In this document: positions 37,563 to 45,715 of the stretch, in pieces
Numbering within the stretch: the first letter of the stretch is position 1
How the letters are laid out: each line of letters opens with the position of its first letter
From: Octopus sinensis
Taxonomy: Eukaryota
Length of the DNA stretch: 45,715 nucleotides
Reading direction: 5' to 3'
NCBI RefSeq assembly: GCF_006345805.1
Contig: NW_021826202.1
Coordinates: 1-45,715, forward strand
The notes under the pieces: model-generated
The model's database searches: none
Seen by the model: the letters and a program-made list of their open reading frames with translations, nothing else
What the model was told of the DNA's origin: nothing
Program-made: the position numbers and the translations under genes

Positions 37563-37563
<1 letters not shown>
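37401..37563. repeat. Long palindrome: perfect 59-bp stem with 19-nt loop
   Basis: 37414-37472 is the exact reverse complement of 37492-37550; arms extend imperfectly to 37401 and 37563. Confidence 0.92.
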
Positions 37564-37596
<33 letters not shown>

Positions 37597-37769
37597 CAGC
37601 ATTTACGTTCACTTTCCATGCTCGGATAGGTTGAGCGGTCTGACAAGATCCCGTCGCGCCTCGAGGCCGCGTCGATCTCAAATGTCAGCTTTGGCAATCC
37701 CCTGTCACTGCTCGAGAAGCGATATTCATTTATTTACACCCAACCGTCCTTAACGACAGAATTAGGACC

Positions 37770-37893
37770 AGTATTTATTTATTTATTGTGGAAAAAAAAC
37801 TCGTAAGCTTTGGGGTCGATTTGTTCCGCTAAAACCCTCAAGGCGGTGCCGCCAACATGGCCGCAGTCCAATCACTGAAGCAAGTAGAAAGGT
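37770..37893 (+). mobile_element. SINE family A 3' fragment
   Basis: GGGGTCGATTTG..AAGGCGGTGCCGCCAACATGGCCGCAGTC..CTGAAGCAAGTA. Confidence 0.65.
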
Positions 37894-38836
37894 AAAACAT
37901 AAAAAAAACAAACCAAAAAACGGCGTGGGTGGGAGTGTGGAATAATACGGTGTGTCTTGATGCAAATTAGACTACTACTACTACCATTACTACTACTGCT
38001 ACTTCTTCCAGTGCCAACAACAATGAACAGAGAGAAAGGCTTCCTGTATTGTTTCAGTTCTCTGGTACGTTTGATCTTTTGTTTCACAATGGGAGGTATA
38101 AGTGTAGTCCCTCTGTCTCGTTTCGAGTAATGCTTGGAACATTTCCAAAAGGTCTGTCTACCATGAGGTTGGTGGTACGAGCTAGCGAAGTAAGTGGTCC
38201 TTCACTGTATTATACAGAGAAGTTGAAATTCCTTTTGAAAAATCTCTTCTCTTTTTTAACAAAAAATAAATTAATAATTTTATTGCGTAGGGGTCTGATT
38301 CGTCGTGTCTGAGAGAGGAACGGTGATAATAGCAGTTGTGGTTGTCTCTTAGGGGCGAGAAAGAAGCATCGGGGTTTGGGAGTGGAAGTGAATGGGGAGG
38401 GAGAAGAATGGAAAGAAGAAGAAACAATGATTGTTACAGGCAAAGATGACTCGTCGTCTACGAAAAATGCTTTACAACCTGGCGCCTGTCCCATCTTCCA
38501 AAATATATTATGTCTATCAAATAGTTTGTGTCTGTGTGAAGTGTGTGTGTGTGTGTGTGTTTATGTTTGGAGGTGGAAGAGAATTGAAAGAGAGAGGGAG
38601 AAATTGGTACCACTTCGAAAAGGTTTTTTCCTAATGGCGTTCGACCTGAAAGTTGGCAATGAAAACATTTAATATGGCGATCATTCCGGAAGTGTGTTTT
38701 CCCTCTGTTTTTGTGGCACCAATGTAACCTGTCTTTGAAAATGTCCCACACTCATCTCACAACCCTTGTCGCAAATGAAAGGAATTATTATTATTATTAT
38801 TATTTTATTATTATTATTATATTATTATTATTATTA

Positions 38837-39300
38837 TTGGCGGTGCCCCAGCATGGCCACAGATCGTGAGCTGAAACTAGATAAAATTTAAAAAAATATA
38901 AATAAAATAAAATTATTATTATTATTATTATTAGTGTTGTCGTTGTTGTTATTATAATGAAGCTGCGAGCTGGCAGAATCGTTAGTACGCCGGACGAAAT
39001 GCTTAGCAGTATTTATTCCGACTTTACGTTGTGTTCAAATTTCGCAAAGATCGACTTTGCTTTTCATCCTTTCGGGGGTCCTTAGAGTAGGTACCAGTCG
39101 ACTAATCCTCTCCTGCAAAATTTCAGGCTTTGTGTCTTATAGTACAAAGGGTTATTGCTGTTAAGGCAGCGAGCTGGCAGAGACGTTCTGAGTTCAAATT
39201 CTGCCTGAGTCAACTTGGTGTTTCATACTTTCGGGGACGATAAAACAAGTTCAATTTGAACACCTCCTCCCCGATAATTTCAAGCCTTGTGCCCAGAGTA
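38837..39300 (+). mobile_element. Chain of decayed SINE pieces (family A tail, two family B copies) among (ATT)n tracts
   Basis: GGCGGTGCCCCAGCATGGCC at 38839; GCGAGCTGGCAGA at about 38965 and 39169. Confidence 0.65.
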
Positions 39301-39426
39301 GAAAGGGTTATCAGTAGTAGTAGTAGTAGTAGTAGACCTTGTGAAGTCCTTAAAATCTTGGGCTCTTGTGGCCAATAGATATACTATTTTCACCAAGGCT
39401 GTGGAGCCGAAGCAAAAAGCTTCGAC

Positions 39427-39580
39427 TCTGACTCCTCTACTATTGGTACCTCCGACTCTTCTACTATAGTACCTCTGACTCCTCTACTATTGGTACCTCC
39501 GACTCTTCTACTATAGTACCTCTGACTCCTCTACTATTGGTACCTCCGACTCTTCTACTATAGTACCTCTGACTCCTCTT
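39427..39580. repeat. 47-bp dimeric minisatellite (24+23 bp subunits), about 3.3 copies
   Basis: CTCTGACTCCTCTACTATTGGTAC + CTCCGACTCTTCTACTATAGTAC alternate exactly. Confidence 0.9.
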
Positions 39581-39668
39581 TATGTAATTGGTTGTGGTCT
39601 ACATATCTCATAAAGCATATGCATACGCTTGTACTTTGAATAGGCCTATATGTTAGAACTCGCTTATA

Positions 39669-40073
39669 TCTCTATATATAAACGGCAGTTTGTCTCTCTA
39701 TATATAAACGGCAGTTTGTCTGTCTGCGTGTCTGTGTGTCTGTTTGGTTGTACCCTCACCCTGACCACGGCTTTCAACCGATCCTGATGAAACTTGACAC
39801 ACACATAGCCCAATGTCATAATTCAAAACTAACACAGCGAAAATTTTGAAAAGTTCCCCCAGTTCTGAAAAAATCGATGAATTCGACATGGGGTCGAGAA
39901 TCAGAAACACAAACCACAGACTGTCTAGGGGACGCAACTCGACCTTTTTAACTCTCAAAAAAAATTTACCATATTTTTTTTCCATTTTTTTCTATTTTTT
40001 GGCTATAACTCTCTAAAAATGCTTTGTAGTTATTTCCCTTACAAACCCGAGCAACGCCGGGCGATACTGCTAG
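39669..40073 (+). mobile_element. Non-autonomous Helitron-like element H1 with a duplicated 5' head
   Basis: A|TC start, TCTCTATATATAAACGGCAGTTTG present twice, hairpin plus CTAG|T end. Confidence 0.78.
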
Positions 40074-40599
40074 TTAAAGAATAAAGACATTGTGAGTCGG
40101 AGTCGGTATAGTTTTACCGACACCCCTTAATTGTTTCCGACTCCACGACTCCGACTACTCAACTCTGATTATCACTGTGAACAGAACGCCTTGCAGTATT
40201 TCTTTCTCTCTACCGCTTTTGCGTTTATGAATTCTTCAAATGAATGCCAAGAACCAGCAATTCTAGAATAGCACATCTACTTACTCCGCCGTTGATACAG
40301 ACTGCTTCGTGCACCACAACGAGCAGTTTGAATTAGACATACCCGGACAATTGTATAGGGAAAAACCGTGACCTGTGCCAATGAGTATTTGCTCGTATTT
40401 GCATGTATTAGAAGACATTCGCAAACAGAACAGTGAAAGGTGATGCTAGAAATTCTAGCCTAATGGAGAATAAATATATATACCGTTTTAATGGTAATGA
40501 AACTTTTATTCTCGCTGTATATTTTGCATATGTGAGTACTCATACGCACACATCTATGTATATATATATGTCCGCACACGAACACACACACATATATAT

Positions 40600-40640
40600 A
40601 TATATACGCACCTATATATTTGTATAGATATTTGTTTCTG

Positions 40641-40696
<56 letters not shown>

Positions 40697-40871
40697 CACA
40701 CACACACATATATTTACGCACCTATATATTTGTATAGATATTTGTTTCTGTCTCTCTCTCCTCATATATATATATACATATATATATATATACACATATA
40801 TATATACATACATATATACATACATATATATATATATATATATACACATATATATATATACATACATAATA

Positions 40872-40928
<57 letters not shown>

Positions 40929-40935
40929 TATATAT
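40600..40935. repeat. Microsatellite block with a duplication of about 110 bp
   Basis: ACGCACCTATATATTTGTATAGATATTTGTTTCTGTCTCTCTCTC at about 40606 and 40717. Confidence 0.8.
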
Positions 40936-41661
40936 ACACACAAGCACAGTGAGAGGTACTCACACACGCTCCCACACATACAGCTATGTACTCCTCGGAC
41001 CGTTAGATCTCAGGTTTCGTGCAAACGTGTACGCGTCAGCGAAGCGGAAAGATTGCAACAGGGCTCGGCTGACATATCTATTTTGTTCGGATTGAAAAGT
41101 TTAAGTTACCGAATCGCGGAGTGGGGTATCAGATTGATTTTCACCGCCTAGCGGAGAAATACAAACGATTAAATTGAAATTCCACTGATTTCATCCTACA
41201 TTAGCATACTCTACCCGTGTCTGGCACGTAATTTATATTATATTATTTAGAAATATATCCCCATTTTTTTTTTATTTTCTCGCAGAAAATCTTGTGCCCA
41301 TAAGATTCGTAGATCATATTTTATAATGATCGGATGCACATGTAAAATATTCACGTTCGATATACATGTAAAAATATACTTATATACAATGTTGCTATAA
41401 GCATAAACATATCCGTTGGATCTCAAGTTTCGTGCAAGCGTGCAATCGTCAGCAAAACGGAGAGTGATTTTTGGAGGCAAGCGAATTTATTTTCTTCTGT
41501 TATAAGAGCTACGTCATTGGGGTTAAAATATTGAAATCCACCCTCACACACACACACACCTCCAATGCGAACTATAACGTTGAAATAGCATTCACCGCAT
41601 TGCACATTAAAGTGCTATATCCTTATAAAGGGAATCTTATATTTTATGTATACATATATAT

Positions 41662-41870
41662 ATTTCTTTATTGCCCACAAGGGGCTAAACATAGAGGGGA
41701 CAAACAAAGGGATTAAGTCGATTATATCGACCCCAGTGCGTAACTGGTACTTTATTTATCGACCCCGAAAGGATGAAAGGCAAAGTCGACCTCGGCGGAG
41801 TTTGAACTCAGAACGTAACGGCAGACGAAATACGGCTACGCATTTCGCCCGGCGTGCTAACGTTTCTGCC
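41662..41870 (-). mobile_element. SINE family B, head clipped by the adjacent family C copy
   Basis: Ends CTAACGTTTCTGCC and lacks AGCTCGCCGCC. Confidence 0.85.
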
Positions 41871-42120
41871 GTGGGGGCGCGTGGCTTAGTGGTTAGGGTG
41901 TCAGCACCATGATCGCAAGATTGTGGTTTCGATTCCTGGACCGGGCGACGCGTTGTGCTCTTGAGCAAAACACTTCATTTCACGTTGTTCCAGTCCACTC
42001 AGCTGGCAAAAATGAGTAACGCTGCGATGGACTGGCGTCCCATCCAGCTGGGGAACACATACGCCATGGAAACCGGGAAACCGGGACCATGAGCCTGGCT
42101 AGGCTTTGAAAGGGCGTATT
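41871..42120 (+). mobile_element. SINE family C
   Basis: GGGGGCGCGTGGCTTAGTGGTTAGGG..GGTTTCGATTCCTGG..GGCTAGGCTTTGAAAGGGCG. Confidence 0.88.
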
Positions 42121-42134
42121 TATTTATTTTTTTT

Positions 42135-42247
42135 GTATACATATTTGTATAACATATTTGTATACATATTTGTATAACAAATTTGTATAACATATTTGTA
42201 TACATATTTGTATAACAAATTTGTATATCAAATTTGTATAACATATT
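42135..42247. repeat. 12-13-bp minisatellite (ACAWATTTGTAT[A])
   Basis: About 9 tandem units seen directly. Confidence 0.85.
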
Positions 42248-42312
42248 TCTTGCGTGTGATGTGCATCAACTACACTACATAATTTTTTATTTTATTATTA
42301 TTTTTTTTATTT

Positions 42313-42568
42313 ATGCGCCCTTTTCAAGCCTAGCCAAGTTCATGGGCCCGGTTTCTGTGGCGTATGTGTTCCTCCCAGCTGGACAGGACACCAGTCCATC
42401 CCAGCGTTACTCAAGAAACAGGAAGAAAGAGGAAAGAAATTTGGGGCGAATGAGTACAACAGGTGTTTACGCTCAATAAACACACACAACGCCCGGTCTG
42501 GGAATCGAAACCGCGATCCTCCGACCGCGAGTCCGCTGCTCTAACCACTGGGCCATTGCGCCTCCACT
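42313..42568 (-). mobile_element. SINE, family C-related (head like 32870, tail like 41871)
   Basis: Reverse complement GGAGGCGCAATGGCCCAGTGGTTAGAGCAGCGG..GGTTTCGATTCCC; tail GATGGACTGG..GGCTAGGCTTGAAAAGGGCG. Confidence 0.8.
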
Positions 42569-42643
42569 TACTACATAATACAATGTATAAATATTATAGA
42601 GAGAAGCATTGAGCACTTGGAATTTCTCCTATAATATAGAATA

Positions 42644-43025
42644 CTAGCAGTATCGCCCGGCGTTGCTCAGGTTTGTAAGGGAAATAACTATAAAGCATTT
42701 TTAGAGAGTTATAGCCAAAAAATAGCAAAAAAATGGAAAAAAATGATGGTAAATTTTATTTTGGGTTTAAAAAAGGATGGAGTTGCGTCCCCTAGACAGT
42801 TTGTGGTTCATGTTCTAATTTTCCCCCCATGTCGAATTTATCGATTTTTTTCAGAACTGGGGGACTTTTCAAAATTTTGGCTGCGTTGTTTTGTGATTAT
42901 GACATTGGGCTATGTGTGTGTCAAGTTTCATCAGAATCGGTTGAAAGCCGTGGTCAGGGTGAGGGTACAACCTGACAGACACACAGAAACACGCACAGAC
43001 TAACTGCCGTTTATATATAGAGAGA
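42644..43025 (-). mobile_element. Non-autonomous Helitron-like element H1
   Basis: Reverse complement of the 25608 and 39669 family with A|TC and CTAG|T ends. Confidence 0.78.
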
Positions 43026-43088
43026 TATTGGGACACATTACAAAATTTTCATAAAGGTATATTTATGCATGTATGCCATATATATATA

Positions 43089-43482
43089 TCTTTATATATA
43101 AAAGTAAGTTGTGTGTCTGTCTCCTACGATTTAGATTCCTAACTACTCCCGCATTTTGCGGTGCAGTTTAACCAAAAGCGGGTATCTTATAGTCGTAATT
43201 CATATCGAGACCTTCTGGGTATTAGCGCGCGTCTACGATGAGTCGACGATTTAAAAAAAAAATTTACCAACACTTTTTTCCATTTTAATGCATTTTTTCG
43301 CTATTATATAAGGGAAGTAACTCTCTAAAAATGTCTACGATGAGTCAACGATTAAAAAAAAATTTACCATAATTGTTTCCCATTTTTAATGCATTTTTTG
43401 CTATTTTTTGGCTATAACTCTCTAAAAATGCTTATATAGTTATTTCCCTTACAAACCCGAGCACGCCGGGCGATACTGCTAG
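43089..43482 (+). mobile_element. Non-autonomous Helitron-like element H2 (different 5' half, same 3' end as H1)
   Basis: A|TCTTTATATATAAAAG start; tandem repeat of about 100 bp GTCTACGATGAGTC..AACTCTCTAAAAAT; ends CCGGGCGATACTGCTAG|T. Confidence 0.72.
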
Positions 43483-43714
43483 TATATATATATATATAAT
43501 ATATACACACACACACACCATTGGTATCATGGGCAATATTCAAAATCAGAACCATATAGTTGAAGCAGGGTACTTCTAGCATATTTGAGTATTTTCTTTC
43601 CAGCTGTCTCTCATAAATATAAAGGATTTATATTAAAAGCTGATGCTATTTACATTCGTTTATACATCTGAAACTTTCATTGCTGCCACGCAATAGACGT
43701 TACCAATACAGTCT

Positions 43715-43730
43715 CATCTATCATCTATCT

Positions 43731-43774
<44 letters not shown>

Positions 43775-43918
43775 ATCTATCTATCTATCTACTATCTATC
43801 TATCTTATCTGCTGTCTGTCATGTCTGTCTGTCTGTCGTCTGTCTGTCTGTCTGTCTGTCGTCTGTCTGTCTGTCTGTCTGTCGTCTGTCTGTCTGTCTG
43901 TCGTCTGTCTGTCTGCTG

Positions 43919-43949
<31 letters not shown>

Positions 43950-44010
43950 CTCATTCTATCTATCTATCTATCTATCTACCTACCTACACACACACACACA
44001 CACACACACA
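43715..44010. repeat. (TATC)n-(GTCT)n-(TATC)n-(CA)n compound microsatellite
   Basis: Seen directly. Confidence 0.9.
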
Positions 44011-44014
44011 TGTA

Positions 44015-44396
44015 TCTATTATATAAAACCCGTTCTGTCTGTGTGTGTGTCTTCTAGAATCTCGGGCATCCTCCATCCGATTTCGCTCAAATTTGATGTG
44101 TAGATACCGACGGTATCAGAGGGTGTATAAGTCTTGAAAGAATTACAAAAATCGATTCCAGGTGAGAATGCGATCGATAAAGCCGTGGGAACGTGCATTT
44201 GTGCGCGCAAGTACATCAGCTGTTGAGTTCAATACTACGCGTACGCGAGAAAAATGCACGTGCAGTTTGCGCATAACAAGCCGGCTGGCTTGAAATAATG
44301 CCACAAAATGGGACGGTTGGACAAGTTGTTTTGAGAAAATTTGGTTTAAATGTTTGACAACTCAGCACCGTCCATTGGACGGGGTCGTTTTGCTCG
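44015..44396 (+). mobile_element. Non-autonomous Helitron-like element H3 (CTCG end)
   Basis: A|TCTATTATATAAAACCCGTTCTGTCTG start; palindrome CCGTCCATTGGACGG about 10 nt before CTCG|T. Confidence 0.55.
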
Positions 44397-44419
44397 TGTA
44401 TATATATATCCATAAGCCT

Positions 44420-44647
44420 ATTTCTTTACCCACAAGGGGCTAAACACAGAGGGAACAAACAAGGACAGACATAGATATTAAGTCGATTACATCGACCCCA
44501 GTTTGTAACTGGTACTTAATTTATGGACCCCGAAAGGATTAAAGGCAAAGTCGACCTCGGCGGAATTTGAACTCACAACGTAACGCAGACGAAATACCGC
44601 TAAGCATTTCGCCCGGCGTGCTAACGTTTCTGCCAGCTCACCGCCTT
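44420..44647 (-). mobile_element. SINE family B, full length
   Basis: TTTCTTTACCCACAAGGGG...CTGCCAGCTCACCGCC. Confidence 0.88.
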
Positions 44648-44824
44648 AATATATATCCATAAACCCTTTGTCGTTACTTGTAAGGGACGATAACCTGATA
44701 AATTGTGCCACGTTTCAGTAATCGCTGTGTTGCTAAAGGAGCAATTGTTTGAGCTCACCCACGTGAGAACTATTTACTTGAATCATTCTTATTCTCTCTT
44801 CTCGGATGAGCTCCTCGTAGCGTG

Positions 44825-44998
44825 AAATAATCCTTTCTACGATAAGCACACGGCCTAGATTTTGTGAGGAGGGAACAGTCGATCATATCGACCACAGTCC
44901 TCAACTGGTTACTTAATTTATCAAACCCAAAGGATCAAAAGCAAAGTTGACCCTCGGCGGAATTTGACCTCAGAACGTTGCGACGGGCGAAATACCGT
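44825..44998 (-). mobile_element. SINE family B, diverged and headless
   Basis: ATCGACCACAGT..AACTGGT..GCAAAGTTGACCCTCGGCGGAATTTGAC. Confidence 0.65.
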
Positions 44999-45010
44999 AT
45001 TCAAAACTTG

Positions 45011-45075
<65 letters not shown>

Positions 45076-45079
<4 letters not shown>

Positions 45080-45715
45080 GTTGTACGGAAAGTTCGTGCC
45101 GATTTATAGTACGCTTACCTTCGACTTATTTAGACATGGTTGAGTCCGTAAAATAGGATTTGACTACACCTCCATTTAGAGCACAGTTTAAGCTATCTTT
45201 TTGTGGGAAAAGGTTTATGTTCCTATAACCTGTGTTAATTCTGTAACCCTTTATAATGGAAGATAAAGTTCATTTTCGGCACTTGATGCTTTTTTTTCCG
45301 AAAAAGGAAAAATGCCTGACATACAGCCAAAGAAATATGCGCATTTTACGGTGATGTTTCTTTATCCGAAAGAACTGTACGGAAGTGGTTCGCAAGGTTC
45401 CGAACTGGTGATTGTAGCCTTATAGATAAAGAGCGATTAGGCAGACCATCCACTACAGATGATGACCAAATCAAGTCATTCCCACATTGCACAACCCGAG
45501 AATTGGCAGAAAGCCTCAACCGTCGTTCATGAGCACCTGGTAAATCTTGGGTACCACATGAGTTGAGCGAGAAGAACCTTTTGGATTGCATTTCCATCTG
45601 TGATTCGCTTTATAAACGGAATGAAAACGCACCTTCTTTAAAGCAAATTGTGACAGGTGATGAGAAATGGATTATCTACCGAAATGTTCAGAGAAAGCAA
45701 TCCTGGAGTAAGCGA
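45076..45715 (+). mobile_element. Mariner (Tc1/mariner DD34D-type) transposon, 5' part, inserted in a (TA)n tract; runs off the window
   Basis: ITR-like TTGGGTTGTACGGAAAGTTCGTGCCGATTT after TA; transposase remnants follow. Confidence 0.92.
45256..45715 (+). pseudogene. Mariner transposase pseudogene
   Basis: MEDKVHFRHLML; AKEICAFYGD..SERTVRKWFARFRTGD..GRPS; WVPHEL at 45548-45565; IVTGDEKW at 45647-45670; frameshifts and TGA stops. Confidence 0.92.

Noticed and set aside
18545-38700. YY1-like (AACATGGCAGCC about 18557, AAGATGGCGG about 21453) and ETS-like (CCGGAAGTG about 38686) motifs as promoters
   Set aside because: Short isolated motifs without supporting context or expression data.
10554-42568. 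tRNA-like heads as tRNA genes
   Set aside because: They have A/B boxes but no complete cloverleaf or acceptor stem, and continue into repeated SINE bodies.
109-44413. Long ORFs in the ORF track (e.g. 109-843, 18526-19608, 9811-10398, 17344-17880, 32267-32731)
   Set aside because: They are translations of CT/GA, GGT/AGT, TA/TG or ACAGAY repeats, open in several frames and on both strands, with no domain signal.

Overview
Eukaryotic, AT-rich, almost entirely non-coding window. It is packed with microsatellites, several tRNA-derived SINE families, short non-autonomous Helitron-like elements, two decayed mariner copies, fold-back elements and a 23-copy 156-bp tandem array. The SINE sequences and repeat landscape resemble octopus (coleoid cephalopod) genomic DNA; this comes from pattern recognition, not a search. 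No intact protein-coding exon can be supported: almost all ORF-track entries are translated microsatellites or SINE pieces, and the only recognisable protein remnants are transposon-derived. The most striking non-repeat signal is at 13277-13305. There a branch-point-like motif, a 19-nt pure pyrimidine tract and CAG are directly followed by GTAAGT, the layout of a recursive splice site (ratchet point). A putative 82-nt exon with stops in all three frames follows, suggesting the window lies inside a very long + strand intron. Other candidates are two dispersed type I hammerhead-like motifs, a hammerhead-like but non-canonical junction in the 156-bp array, and several long hairpins or inverted SINE pairs that would form dsRNA. 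All family names and functions are unverified by database search.
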